The notes: a model not told the origin generated them from the letters alone. A stretch of 64,000 bases of DNA from Octopus vulgaris (GCA_951406725.2 OX597827.1:62806001-62870000); one strand, 5' to 3'. Counted from the first letter of the stretch, positions 1 to 14,919 are shown. A program made the numbers and translations.

Positions 1-527
1 CTGGCGTGCAAACGTTTCTGTTAGCTCGCTGCCTTAATTTGATACATTTACTAATATAGTAATACAAATAGTAATATTTTGGGCTTTTTGGAATATTTGT
101 GAATGTAGTTCAAAGATATATTTGCTTGTTGTAAAGTATAGCAACGTGAAATACTTTTAGAGAATGAATTATTTACAGATATATAAGCTTTAACATCTAG
201 AACCATTTTGTGTCCACCGCATACTCTAAGTAGGAAAATATCATTGTAAGGTAGCTAAGCAGATTTTCGTTACCAATATATACAAATTTTAAACAGAAAA
301 AAACTCAATATTATATACTACTACAACTTCAGTTTCCACAAATATTTTATCCTGCTCTAACAACTCTGCTTCCTAGTTATACACCCACGCACATATTTAT
401 TGCTGTATGATATCAATATTACATGAATTATTATTATTATTATTTTGTCTTTTACAACACGCGCTTCAGTATATTATTATATCTTCTAATTCTAGTTAAC
501 TTAATTAAAAGAGAGTCAGTACTATTG

Positions 528-715
528 AAAAGGTTGCAAGACGCAACGAAAATTTTAGGAAAATAAAAATAAGAAATAAGTGGAAATTTTACCGGTGAGT
601 GTGTTACATTATAAGGCACAAAAAGAAAATGACTCGCCCCAGACACAACAGAATATTCTTCAACACACGAACTCATATAAAGAATCTCGCAAACCAAATC
701 CCAAAACGAAATATT
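528..715. repeat. Dispersed AT-rich repeat, copy 1 (copy 2 at ~7492-7680); probable DNA-transposon remnant
   Basis: gcaagacgcaacgaaaattttaggaaaata...ccccagacacaacaga...caacacacgaac aligns by eye with 7492-7680 in the same orientation. Confidence 0.7.
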
Positions 716-789
716 AATTTAAGGATATTAAAAGAAAAAAATAAATTGTCTTTCCCTAGCCATACGCTCATTAGACCGTCTTCCCGGAT

Positions 790-950
790 TCTGTCGCAGG
801 ATTACTCATTTTCGCCAACCGAGGGGACTGGAGCAACGTGAAATGAAGTGTTTTGCTCAAGAACACAGCGTATCGCCCAATCCCAGCGTCGAAACAGCAT
901 TCTTACGATCATGCGTGCAACACCGTCACAACTAATCTACGTGCACTTAA
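790..950 (-). mobile_element. Diverged SINE family C fragment
   Basis: gactggagcaacgtgaaatgaagtgttttgctcaagaacac is the reverse complement of the core at 6818-6860. Confidence 0.7.
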
Positions 951-1829
951 CTTAATTACAGAATGCTAATTATTTATATTACTAATGTAGTTATTCTGAT
1001 TTACTCAATTAATACATATTTGTAATTGAGTTGAGAAGTACTATATCTCTCAATTTTTGTACAATTTCCAGTCCTATATTTCATCTACTTTAGACCGTTC
1101 TATCTTTACTTATACTAACAATTGAGTTACCTCTATTTATTCCATAATACTTTTATATGTTTGTTAGTCAACCATTGGCTTCATTTCATATCAACTCAAT
1201 TCATTTCACAATATGTCATTTAACTGTATACGTTACTCGTGTTGGTCATTTTTAGTCATTGGAATACGGCCATTCTGGAGCACCGCCTTTAAGGGTTTAA
1301 CCCGAACAATTCCAATCTAGGGCTTATTTTCATAGCCTGCTATTATTCTTTACGTCCTTTCGGGGTCGATAAAATAAGTACCAGTTGAGCACTCGTGTCA
1401 ATGTAATCAGCTTACCCGCTTCCCCGAAATTGCTGGCCGTATTCCCCAAATTGATACCGATATTCAAATCCTATTTAAGATGATGAGCAGGCCAAATCGA
1501 TAGCGCACCGGGCAAAATACTTAGCAGTGTTCTGAGTTCAAGTCCGCCGAAGTCAACTTTGCCTGTCCCCCTTTCATGGTGGATAAAGCTCTAAGTACCA
1601 GTGAAGCACTGGGGTTGATGAAATCGCAATCGCCGATGTTCCATAACTGCTGGCCTTGTTCCAAAATTGAAACCATTATTTATAATATTTTTGTATTAAT
1701 ACATCTTTAAAACCTTACGCTAACACCTTTATATATTTCAGTACTTTTCCCACAATTACCAAATTGGTTACTATTTTGTGGATATTAACCAAGTAACAAA
1801 AGTTATTTCATTTCAACCAATATATAATA

Positions 1830-2219
1830 CTAGTAGTATCGCCCGGTGTTGCACGGGTTTGTTTCGACACTTTAGAATTGGAATTTTTGAAAAGTAAAAC
1901 TTTTGCATTATGTAGCTTGTTATTCTCTTTAAGTGAACGTTTTTTGATTGAAATACACCGAAAAATGGCGACACACCAGTAAAAAAATCGTAAAAAAATA
2001 GGGATATTCATAGAAAAAAAGCACCTTTTTGATGTAAATAATTTTTGGTGTTAACATGGTCCGATTTGAATTTTTTCTTCTAGGGAAGGAAGAGCAAGCC
2101 TTCTTCTATCACACTCTCAATTTTGGTCAACTTGCGCCGCAGGGTCTCGGTGGAGATAGTTTTAGTTGAAGGCTACCAAACCTGCCATACACAGACAACT
2201 TCAGCTTTATATATATAGA
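1830..2219 (-). mobile_element. Non-autonomous Helitron (~390 bp)
   Basis: The minus strand starts TCTATATATATAAAG and ends CCCGTGCAACACCGGG (hairpin) - CGATACTA - CTAG followed by T. These are the canonical 5'-TC, 3' hairpin and CTRR ends. The 5' flank base is C rather than the usual A. Confidence 0.75.
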
Positions 2220-2574
2220 GTTTTGTTCTTCCAAATTTTCCTTTTTTTTAAACCACCAATCAGTCATTTTCAACGACAGCCAAAAACTACTTCGATTTCA
2301 AAAGCATGTAAACTTTTCCTATGCACACATTGGTCCATTACTTCGTCTTCTCATCTATGTGTCACCTCACACTCTACCTGTCTCTCTCCTTACGGTTCCT
2401 AATTTATGAAAACTTCCTTATCATCATTTCTATGATTTGAAAAAATCCATCGGGAATCGAGCAGACGAACCTGTAAGCGTTCATTTAAATAAGTAATTCA
2501 ACTTCATTCACCATACCATGAGTCCTTTGTTTAGATTGCGGCTTATTAGTTCTTGCAAATTAACACTTTCAATT

Positions 2575-3264
<690 letters not shown>

Positions 3265-3743
3265 GTGTTAAGTAGATATCAGTAGAGGTACCAGTATACA
3301 TACACGACACGTGAATACATATTATGTGTGTGTGTATAGATTATATATTTTTATACAAATATTTGTGCATATATATATATGCATATATATATATATATTA
3401 GTAAATAGAGAGACCGAGACATGGATTGATTGATAGATATACATGCACAACTATACGTGCATACACGCACAAATGTGGGAAACAAGTAAAAGAGTAAAGA
3501 GTATATGTATATATATATATATATATATACAAACTTATATACACAATATTACTCTCACTTACGCATGTATGCCCACGTGTCTGTGTTTGCAGCCTATTAT
3601 ATTGCTTCACCTTCTTGGACTTCTATTTACGACTCCACCCGTTTTATGGCAATTTTTAATTTCTTTGTTTAGAATATATGTCTGAAGAATTGATTAGCAT
3701 ATTTCAAATTCACAATAGTTCTGCTACCAGAGAGAAACCGGGC

Positions 3744-4209
3744 ACATACATGCATACATAGATACATACATACATACATACATACATACATGCATACATA
3801 CATACATGCATACATACATACATGCATACATACATACATACATACATACATACATACATACATGCATACATACATACATACATACATACATACATACATA
3901 CATACATACATACATACATACATACATACATACATACATACATAACATGCATACATATATACATACATACATACATACATACATTCATACATACATATAT
4001 TCATACATACAGAAATATACAGACACAAAAACAAACACGACCACACACACATGTGTATATATACATACATATATACATATGTATATATGTATATATATAT
4101 ATGTATATATAGATATATATGCATATATATGTAGACAGATTCATAGGTAGATAAAATTATAGATTGTACAGATATAGATTCACACATGTATTTATACACA
4201 CACACACAT

Positions 4210-4259
<50 letters not shown>

Positions 4260-4361
4260 ACATACATATATATGTATGCATATATACATATACATATATA
4301 TGTGTATGTACATATACATACATACACACACACACATATACATATATATGTGTATGTACAT

Positions 4362-4406
<45 letters not shown>

Positions 4407-4501
4407 CATACAAATATATATATACACACGCATATGTATACATGTAGACAGATTCATAAATTGAAAGAATGATAGATAATAGGTATACATACATACGTAT
4501 A

Positions 4502-4554
<53 letters not shown>

Positions 4555-4570
4555 GTATGCACACGTATAC
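3744..4570. repeat. Compound (TACA)n/(TA)n/(CA)n/(TG)n microsatellite block
   Basis: Read directly. Confidence 0.95.
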
Positions 4571-4939
4571 ATATTTGTGTGTCTGTAGCTAGAAACGGAT
4601 ATATGTAAATGTATAAGCACTCGCACGCAAATGAAAAACATTCCAACGCGTTTGGTTACAGCGCATAGAGGTACGCTGAGAGACTTCTCCTATACTTTTA
4701 TATTATAATACGTAGTCATAGATATTAAATGTGGTATATTGAAATGCATATCATGTTGAATATAAGTTTTACGACCGATGACCACTGCACATAAAACCTT
4801 GAATTATAACCTGACCCAACTTTTCATCGTCTGTCTTTGGCATGTTCTGTAATTGTATTGCTTTGATCTCAGTATTTCGTCTATTTATGTCCAGCTATAT
4901 ATATATAATCGTTTATCTACGTATCTGTCTGTCTGCCGG

Positions 4940-5014
<75 letters not shown>

Positions 5015-5073
5015 CTCAGTGAATATATATATATGATACATACATATATATATATATTTATATATATAATATT

Positions 5074-5126
<53 letters not shown>

Positions 5127-5752
5127 CAGCTTATATATCTGTCTATCTGCTACTTGTCTATTTGCTTGTCTGCCTGTCTGTTTTTCTGTCTGACTATATG
5201 TCTGCCTGTCTGTCTGTCCGTCTCTCTCTTTAAATGTACGTGTATATGTCGAGAGAAAGAGTGAGAGAGATAGAGATGCAGTGCGTGCGTTTGTGTGTGT
5301 ATGTCTGTGTGTGTGTGTGTGTGTGTGTGTGGATCGAGTCAACGAGATCGTTGCAAAATAACAAAGTAGCCCCCCAGCTTCTCTTTATTTAAAAGTTTTG
5401 AAGGTTTTTAGTCGAACAAATGAATCCCGGTTCTCGTTTTTTTTTCTTTAAAGTTAGGCATTTATTCCATAGTTCCATTTTGCCAAACCAGTAAGTTACG
5501 GGATCGTCAACTAATTACAACGTTTGTCAGTCGGTGGTGGTGGGGTCACACACGCTTATGTATGTATGTATGTGTCTATATATGTATATATGTATGTATG
5601 TTTGTATGTATGCATGTTTGTATATGCATGCATGTATGTGTCTGTATATGTATGTATGTATGTATGTTTGTATGCATGTATGTTTGTATGTATGTCTGCA
5701 TGCATGTATATATGTATGTATATATGTATATATATGTGTATATGTATATATA

Positions 5753-6140
5753 GGCGCAGGTGTGAGTATGTGGTAATTAGCTTGCTTACCAACCACATGG
5801 TTCTGGGTTCAATCCCACATCGTGGCACCTTGGGCAACTGTCTTCTACTATAGCCTTGTGAGTGGATTTGGTAGACGGAAACTGAAAGAAGCCCGTCGTA
5901 TATATGTATATATATGTATGTATGTGTATATGTTGTGTATCTGTGTTTGTCCCTCCAACATCGCTTGCAACAGCTGCTGGTGTGTTTAGGTCCCCGTAAC
6001 TTAGCGGTTCAGCAAAAGACCGATAGAGTAAGTACTAGGCTTACAAAGAATAAGTCCTGGGGTAGATTTGATTCGACTAAAGACCATGCTCTAGCATGGC
6101 CGCAGTCAAATGACTGAAACAAGTAAAAGAGTAAAAAGAG
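5753..6140 (+). mobile_element. SINE family A, full length (tRNA-like head, CORE-like ccttgggcaagt, internal microsatellite, (AGTAAAAG)n tail)
   Basis: Head ggcgcagg...tgtggtaa with B-box-like ggttcaatccc; body shared with more than 15 copies in the window; tail gactgaaacaagtaaaagag. Confidence 0.9.
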
Positions 6141-6745
6141 AGTATATGCAACAATTTACACCGTTTTTCAATAGGTGTTATCCCTGTAACAAACAAATGT
6201 TAATTAAACTGTATCAGGTATGAAGCTCTGCTTCGGAAGTTCCTGCCTCTTGAAGTATATGGGCCCTCCTCTTATCCATTATTATTCCCGGGTCTACTCT
6301 AACTCGGAGTTCTAGCACCTGTCTGGGTCCTATCTTTGAGTTAAATAGTATGTTACCCCTCGAGCCAGAATAAGCTGTCATTATGGGATGAAATATTGTG
6401 GAGCTGAACTTTTTCGGCATATGAATCATATTGAATCAATCGTGAATTCTCATTAGATGTTGAGCGGATGAAAAGACATCAAACTATCAAAGGCCACGAT
6501 CAACCAGTTCTTTAGGCGAACTAGTGCTATTATATATAGCTGTAATGTGCACAGACGATATATTTTAGCGAGCGAGAGATTGATGTGATTAAAACCAAGC
6601 CAGACTTTCATGCCGTAATATAAACTTATTGAATCAGTGGAGAATATCACTAGATGCTGAGTGGAAGAACAGAAATTTTTTTTTAAATATGTTAACGGCT
6701 ATGATCAACCAGTTGAGTTAGAGAATTACTACAATCATCTCTGTG

Positions 6746-7040
6746 AAGGCGCGTGGCTTAGTGGTTAGGGCATTCGACTCACGATTGTAAGGTCGTGAGT
6801 TCGATTCCCGGCGTCGCGTTGTGTCTTTGAGCAAGACACTTTATTTCACGTTGCTCCAGTTCACTCAGCTGGCAAAAATGAGTTGTCACACTCTGTGTCA
6901 CGCTGAATCTCCCTGAGAACTACGTTAGGGGTACGCGTGTCTGTGGAGTGCTCAATCATTTGCACGTTAATTTCACGAGCAGGCTGTTCCGTTGATCGTA
7001 TCAGCTGGGACCCTCGTCGTCGTAACCGACGGAGTGTTCC
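6746..7040 (+). mobile_element. SINE family C, full length
   Basis: A box tggcttagtgg, B box gttcgattcc, followed by a CORE-like gttgtgtctttgagcaagacactt; related copies at ~790, ~16545 and ~47191. Confidence 0.85.
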
Positions 7041-7896
7041 TATATAACAATCATCTCTAGTTGTGGTGTGGACAAATAAGATATTTTTAGTAAGCAAAAG
7101 ACCAATGTGACTTCAACCCAAGCCAGACATAAATGTCGTATCACCCGACGTGAACACCTGGCAGGGAGGAGTGGTATTGGTCCGGGCAAGTTGTCTGAAC
7201 AGATGACGATGACGACGTCAACAATGTTGATGAGATGATGGTGATGATGAAGATGAAACAAGACCAACTCAAAACAAAGTTCGGCTTGATAATATTTAGC
7301 ATAAACTCGTCTCTTTGCGTTGATAATTGTCAATTATCATTTTCTCGACGGCAATTTGAACAATAATAAAACCAAATATCACGAACGAATCGAAATCAAG
7401 CTAACAGAATGAAATAATCGGGTGATATTTTGATTGAAATAAATCACAGATACGGACCCATTTTTCTTCAAATACATAAGGAAATTGACTTGAAAGGGCT
7501 GCAAGATGCAACGAAAATTTTAGGAAAATAAAATAAGAAATAAGTAGAAGTTTTACTGGTGAGTGTGTTAAATTATAAGGCGCAAAAAGAAAATGAATCT
7601 CCCCAGACACAACAGAAAATGCTTCAACACACGAACACATATAATGAATCTTGAAAACCAAGTCCAAAAACGAAACATAAAGAAATGATTTCCATTCAAT
7701 GTGTATAAAAAATAATCAAAATATTTGGGCGAGACAAGAGACACTGACTGAAAGACAGACGGTGTTGATGTATGAATATTATATAAATGTAAGTGTTTGT
7801 TGAGCCCTCCGTTATCCACAGCATAACTAATGAGCGACATATTGCACGATTATTCAATTATAGAATTCTATATCTAGATCAATATTTCACTACATT

Positions 7897-8620
7897 GTCT
7901 TTATGTTCTGAGTTCAAATTCCGCCGAAGTCGACTTTGCCTTTCATCTTTTCGGGGTCGATAAATTATGTACCAGTTACGCACTGGGGTCGATGTAATCG
8001 ACTTAATCCGTTTGTCTGTCCTTGTTTGTCCCCTCTGTGTTTAGCCCCTTGTGGGTAGTAAATAAATAGGTATTTCGTCCGCCGTTAGTTTCTGAGTTCA
8101 AATTCCGCCGACGTTGTCTTTGCCTTTCATCCTTTCGGGATCGATAAATTAAGTACCAGTTACGCACTGGGGTAATCGACTTAATCCGTTTGTCTGTCCT
8201 TGTTTGTCCCCTCTGTGTTTAGCACCTTGTGGGTAGTAAATAAATAGGTATTTCGTCCGCCGTTAGTTTCTGAGTTCAAATTCCGCCGACGTTGTCTTTG
8301 CCTTTCATCCTTTCGGGATCGATAAATTAAGTACCAGTTACGCACTGGGGTAATCGACTTAATCCGTTTGTCTGCCCTTGTTTGTCCCCTCTATGTTTAG
8401 ACCCTTGTGGGCAATAAAGAAATAAGAATTCTACATCTATATCTAGATTAATATTTCACTACATTTTCTTTACGTTCTGAGTTCAAATTCCGCCAAGGTC
8501 GACTTTGCCTTTCATCCTTTCGGGGTCGCTAAATTAAGTACCAGTTACATACTGGGGTCGATGTAATCGACTGGCTCCCTCCCCCAAAATTTTGGGTGTT
8601 TTGCCTAGAGCAGAAAAGAA
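7897..8620 (+). mobile_element. Tandem multimer of SINE family B (three ~180-bp units plus a fourth with a different tail)
   Basis: Repeated ttctgagttcaaattccgcc...gcctttcatcctttcggggtcgataaattaagtaccagtt units joined at aaatag|gtatttcgtc (~8069, ~8249). Confidence 0.9.
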
Positions 8621-9036
8621 TATTTCGCTACATTAAGATGTCCAACTGGCAGAGTCGTTAACACGCTAACTAAAATGCTTTGTGGTGCTTGGTCCGTCTT
8701 GACGTTTTGATTTCAAATTCCGCTGAGGTCCACTTTGCCTTTTGCCTTTGCAGACTCAATAAAATAAGTGCCAGCCAAATACTGGGGTCGATATAATCCA
8801 TGCACTCTTTCCCACAATACTGCATGCCTTGGGCTAAAATTGTGCCAAGATACCTACATAAAGGGATATAGACGTACATGTACACACGGATTTGCACATG
8901 GATGTATACATGCACATGCACAGACACACACACGCGATACAAGTATGTATGTATTATCTTTTACTTGTTTCAGACATTAAGCTGTGGCCATGCTGAAGCA
9001 CCGACTTTTAATTGTATCGATTATTCAGACACATAC

Positions 9037-9398
9037 TCTTTTACTTGTTTTAGTGATTTGACTGTGGCCATGCTGGAGCACCACCTTTAGTTGAGCAAAT
9101 CGACACCCCCAGGACTTATTCTATCGGTCTCTTTGCCGAACCGCTAAGTTGCATCGGTTGTCAAACGATGTTGGGGAGGGGTGACAAACACAGACACAAA
9201 CATATAACACGCATATACATATATATACATATATACGACTGGCTTCTTACAGTTTCCGTCTAACAAATCCACTCACAAGGCTTTGGTCGACCTGAGGCTA
9301 TAGTAGAAGACACTTGCCCAAGGTGCCACGCAGTGCGACTGAACCCGGAACCATGTGGTTGGTTAGCAAGCTACTTACCACACAGCCACTCCTACACC
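9037..9398 (-). mobile_element. SINE family A
   Basis: Reverse complement of the family A head, body and tail. Confidence 0.9.
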
Positions 9399-9596
9399 TA
9401 TACACATGCATATATATTTATATCTTTACGTGTGTATGTATATATATACAGATAAAGGGTGAAATATAATTAATTCAATAAAAGCAACAAATTTCACCAC
9501 GTAGTATTTCGGTATGGAAAAGAACCATATTCGGTAAAATTATATATAATTATAACAATGAGGGTCTTTTGCAACAAGTTGGTAGACCACATACCA

Positions 9597-9760
<164 letters not shown>

Positions 9761-10482
9761 TATATATACATATATATACATGTACATATACATATATATA
9801 TAATAGTTTATACCCATGTCTACAGACATAAACACACAGAGAAATATATATGTATATAAGTTGTGAGTGTGTGCCTGTGTTCGTTTGCAGATGTATGTGT
9901 GTGATAATTCCTATGTATGCCACCCCACCCTCCCGCATTTTCCTTTTCAGTTCTGTCTCGTGTTAAAGATCACTAACTGCTGTGAGCTTTGATAAATACC
10001 CTGAACATGGTGATCGATGGCTGTGCGTTTCGTTTATATAACTAACGTATACACAGAACCAACGCAAAACCTCATACAACGCACAGAAACCCGACCGCAC
10101 ATACAAATATACGTATACATTTGATCGTGTGTGTGTGTGTTTATGTGTACGTGTATGTGGTTTATGTTCATATGTATATATATGCGTGTGATTGTCTGTG
10201 TGTGTGTGTGTGATTTTGTGTATATATATTTGTGTAGAAGTGTGTGTTTATGTGTGTGTGTGTGTGTGTCTGTTTCGTTTGACCTTTTCTGTCTTTCACT
10301 AATACACTGTTGACATTTCAGTTAAGGATGATTAAGTTAAACACAACAAACATAGGAAAGAAGTCAAGACTGGGAATGAAAGAAAGAAAAAAACAAAAAA
10401 CAAAAAGGAAATAATAAAACAGCGAACACAAATAATTCTAACAAAATATACATGTGTATGTGTGTGCAGATTTATATACACA

Positions 10483-10535
<53 letters not shown>

Positions 10536-10896
10536 ATACACACCCACGTCCATATATATGGATATATATATGTGTGTGTGTGAGTGAGTGTGTTTGTCTG
10601 TGTGCGTGTTTATTACTACGAATACTTATATATATATACATAGACACACACACGTATATATACATAAAATTTAGATTTATACGTATATGTATATACATAC
10701 ACACACACACGCATACACACGTGTATGTATACATGTATATGTACATCTGTATATATACACGAACACACACACATATATATATATATATATACAGGCATAT
10801 ATATGGTTTACATATATACATACATATATATATATACAATTTATATGTATATGTTTATATATACAATTTAGATTTGTATGTATATATAACTGTAAA

Positions 10897-10941
<45 letters not shown>

Positions 10942-11146
10942 TTATGTACACACACATATATACATATATATATACTAGTTCGTTTTGTATATGTACAAAT
11001 TATATATATACAAACATACATATATAGGTTGATTAGGGAGAAGTTATTCGTAAATCTACAAAGGAAAGGAGAAAGAGAAAAGAGGGAATAACATGCATGC
11101 TATAGAGGAAGTCCGTAAGAATAGGTGAAAGGATGAAGCTAAACTT

Positions 11147-11262
11147 TACGAATGACACAAGGTTACGGATTTGTATGCTTCGTACATTCATTTATATATC
11201 GAATCACATATATGACGAACCCCTCATCTATCTCACTGGCGAAGTATTTTATCCGAAACGTC
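11147..11262 (+). repeat. Arm of a ~115-bp inverted repeat (partner 14337-14450) carrying a decayed HHR motif
   Basis: Near-exact reverse complement of 14337-14450; contains CTGGCGA...CGAAACGTC. Confidence 0.85.
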
Positions 11263-11556
11263 GGGCTACTTCCGCACTTAGCGGTTCGGCAAGAGATCGA
11301 TAGAATAAGTATTAGGTGTACAAGGAATAAGTCCTAGGGTCGATTTACTCGACTAAAGTCGTTGCTCGAGCATGGCCGCAGCCAAATGACTGAAACAATG
11401 TAAAGGAGTAAAAGAGTAAAGAGTATGTATACATATAAAAAAGGCTTAATTTACACAAAATAGAAACGATATAGAGAGTTAGAAAGGACGAGGGAGTATT
11501 ACAAATCCAACGGCTTCGAACTTCTTTCCATTAACACTTCAAGTGTAAGATCTCTT

Positions 11557-11640
11557 CTCTGAAGACAGAGGCTCGTTTCATCCTATGATGGAATCTTCAA
11601 ACATTATTATGGACTACCGAGCCTCCAGAAACAGCTCTTG
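11557..11640 (+). ncRNA. Degenerate hammerhead-like motif
   Basis: CTGAAGA (11559-65), stem II gaggctcg/cgagcctc, GAAACAGCT; stems I and III are decayed. Confidence 0.5.
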
Positions 11641-11723
11641 CATTTGTAATACTGTCCCTCGTCCCCTTTCATTCTCTATAGAATTTCTATTCTGCGCAAG
11701 TTGGACGTTGTTACATGTATACA

Positions 11724-11900
11724 TGAGGCGCCAGTGGCTAGGGCAGCGGACTTAGCGGTTCGGCAAAAGAGACCGATAGAATAAGTACTAGGCTTACAAA
11801 GAATGAGTCCTGGGGTCGATTTGCTCGACTAAAGGCGGCGCTCCAGCATGGCCATAGTCAAATGATTTGAAACAAGTAAAAAAGTAAAAGAGTAAAGAGT
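11724..11900 (+). mobile_element. Chimeric SINE: family D-like head fused to the family A 3' half
   Basis: gaggcgccagtggctagggcagcggact matches the D head (minus copy 50540-50585), then switches to tagcggttcggcaaaagagacc of family A. Confidence 0.7.
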
Positions 11901-12321
11901 ATATACCAAATCCATTCTCGAGGTTTTGGTCGGACCGAGGCTACAGTAGAGGCCACGTGCCCAAGGTGCCACGCAGTGGTACTGAACTCGGAACCATGTG
12001 GTTAGGAAGCAAACTTCTTACCACACAGCCACGCCTGTTTATCTTTATTTTTATCTTCGCCTTGAAGTATTTTCATTGGAGCGAAACCAACCTTTGTAAC
12101 TATTTTTTTAAAGCTTGGTACTTATTCTATCCGCCTGTTGTCGAACTGCTAAGCTAGTGGGACGTAAATAGAACATTATCCTTTATCAAGTTGCTTCCCA
12201 ACCACATGGTTCCGGGTTCAGTTCGTTTGCGTGGCATCTTGGGCAAGTGCATTCTACTATCGCCTTGCGCTGGCCAAATCTTTGTGAGTGGATTTGGTAC
12301 ACAGAAACTGAAACAAACCTG

Positions 12322-12385
<64 letters not shown>

Positions 12386-12805
12386 ACATACACACGCACA
12401 CACACACACACATACTCACACACACACATAATTTTAATATCTCATGAGAGATATTAATGTTAGTGGCCGCAAGCTAAAAACCATATAGGTAAACTTAATA
12501 GATATATGTAAGACTTATATATAACAGTGGCGTTATGAAGCATCACCTTTGCTAAAAATAGAAGTCAAAAATTCTCCGAAGCCACAAAAATTACCACTAG
12601 ATTTTCACAGGAATGCTTGTAAAAAAAGACTAAGTGAATAAGGATTGCGTCTTACAGTTGGTATCCAGAAAAATGTGTTGAGTCAGACTGGCGTATTCTT
12701 TGTCTCTGATCCCCTCGAATAAGACTCAGCTGGTTTGAACAACAGCAGTAACCAGATATCGCATGTTTATGCAATTTGGTACAAGACACAAATAGAGTAG
12801 ATACC

Positions 12806-13037
12806 TATGTCTTTACTGCCCACAAGGGGCTACACACAGAGGGGAGAAACAAGGACAGACAAAGGAATTAAGTCGATTACATCGACCCCAGTGCGTAACT
12901 GGTACTTAATTTATCGACCCCGAAAGGCTGGAAGGCAAAGTCGACCTTGGCGGAATTTGAACTCAGAAGGTAACGACAGACGAAATACGGCTACGCATTT
13001 CGCCCGGCGTGCTAACGTTTCTACCAGCTCGCCGCCT
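12806..13037 (-). mobile_element. SINE family B with 10-bp flanking direct repeat
   Basis: Full B body; agtagatacc at 12796-12805 and 13044-13053. Confidence 0.9.
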
Positions 13038-13550
13038 TATTATAGTAGATACCATCCAAATGAATGCAATATGGTCGGTTATGAAATACTAAGCAATTAA
13101 TAGGCTACAATAACAGACTCACAGGCGGCGCATCATTTGATTTTTTTCCCGTTTCTTCTATCAATATTACAATAGCTGCTACTCCTCTTATCAATCGCAT
13201 TACATAATGTCTTCCCAGTCTGTCACGTTACATAATGTCTCAGCATGCCTCTGATCAACGTATATATGGAAAGAAAGAAATTGGCAGACCGTTGACAGAT
13301 ATTCATTGGCCTTGATTCAAGATTATGCAGACTGGTACAATATATTTAGCGTGACAGTGTTGGTCTATGAACTTTGATCAATCACCAAGTTATGATCGTT
13401 TCGTTCATCTGATCTTCATTCTGGCGGTGCAGCGCAAGGTCTGAACGTTGAAGCGATTTTAATAGATACTGCATGGATATCAGTGAATTTTTGAAATTCT
13501 TCTTTTCCTGCGCTTCCTACCCATCGTTCTTCTTCCTCTTCATCACATCC

Positions 13551-13746
13551 TATTTCTTTATTACCCACAAGGGGATAAACATAGAGGGGACAAACAAGGA
13601 GAGACATAGGTATTAAGTCGAATACATCGGCCCCAGTGCGTAACTGGTGCTTAATTTATCGACCCCAAAAGGAATTTGAACTCACAACGTAACGGCAGAC
13701 GAAATACCGCAAAGCATTTCGCTAACGCTTCTCTCAGCTCGCCGCC
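13551..13746 (-). mobile_element. SINE family B (internally deleted) with ~16-bp TSD
   Basis: cctcttcatcaca(t/c)cc at 13535-13550 and 13745-13760. Confidence 0.85.
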
Positions 13747-13935
13747 TCTTCATCACACCCGCCTTACCGTTATCATAGCAGTGCTGTGGTAGTATTGTCA
13801 AATATGTAATCAAAGAGAGTGCTGAAGAAGTTACACAAAGAATAACGCTGCAGCGTAATTCTGTTAGTAGAAGAGGCCAGATATTGGCATTAGTGTGATG
13901 AACGTTTGCTGTGCTGTTGGTGACGGTCGGTATTG

Positions 13936-14167
13936 AAGGTGAGCTTGGCAGAAACGTTAGCACGTCAGGCGAAATGCCTAGCCGCATTTCGTTTGCCGTT
14001 ACGTTCTGCGTTCAAATTCCTCCGAGGTCGACTTTGTCTTTCATCCTTTCGGGGTCGATTAAATAAGTACCAGTTACGCACTGGGGTCGATATAATCGGC
14101 TTAATCCGTTTGTCTGTCCTTCTTTGTCCCCTCTGTGTTTAGCCCCTTGTGGGTAGTAAAGAAATAG
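13936..14167 (+). mobile_element. SINE family B
   Basis: Head ggtgagcttggcagaaacgttagc, central gcctttcatcctttcggggtcga domain, tail ccccttgtgggtagtaaagaaata. Confidence 0.9.
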
Positions 14168-14626
14168 GTATTGGAGGTGTGGAGATAATGGTGTTTTTAA
14201 TAGCGTTGTTGTAGTTTTTGGTACTGGGAGCTGTTGTAAAGGTGGATAAATTTGATTCTTAGTTTACTTAATCATTAGAAACTTCGAACGAACGTGAAAT
14301 AATTTGTTCTTTAACTGTTGAAATCGAAGCAAATAAGACGTTTCGGATAAAATACTTCGCCAGTGAGATAGATGAGGGGTTTGTCATATAGGTGATTCGA
14401 TATAAATGAATGTACGAAGCATACAAATCCGTAACCTTGTGTGATTCGTATAACAGCGTATAAGAATTTGGTTAGAAATTTCTTTGGATGGAAAAATGAA
14501 AGGCTAGGCAGCCTTCTATCCAGACTGGTTTTTAATTCTGTATTTACACGTTCTTATTTATAGTTTTATCTACTTCAAATTAAAACGATTGAAAACAAAT
14601 AACGAAAACTTTGCATACGCTTTATT

Positions 14627-14866
14627 CTCTCTTTTACTTGTTTCAGTCAGTTGGCTGTGGCCATGCCGGAGCACCGCCTTTAGTCGAGCACATCGACCCC
14701 AGGACTTATTCTTTGTAAGCCTAGTACTTATTCTATCGGTCTATTTTGCCGAGCTGCTAAGTTGCGGGGACGTAAACACACCAGCATCGGTTGTCAAGCG
14801 ATGTTGGGGGACAAACACAGTTACACAAACATATACACACACAGATATACACACACATGCCCACAT

Positions 14867-14919
<53 letters not shown>

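Noticed and set aside
6746-6815. tRNA gene (also 61928-62000 and 50515-50585)
   Set aside because: A and B boxes are present but the acceptor stem does not close and each continues into a SINE body.
7897-8620. CRISPR-like periodic repeats
   Set aside because: Units are ~180-bp SINE bodies without unique spacers, in eukaryotic DNA with no cas genes.
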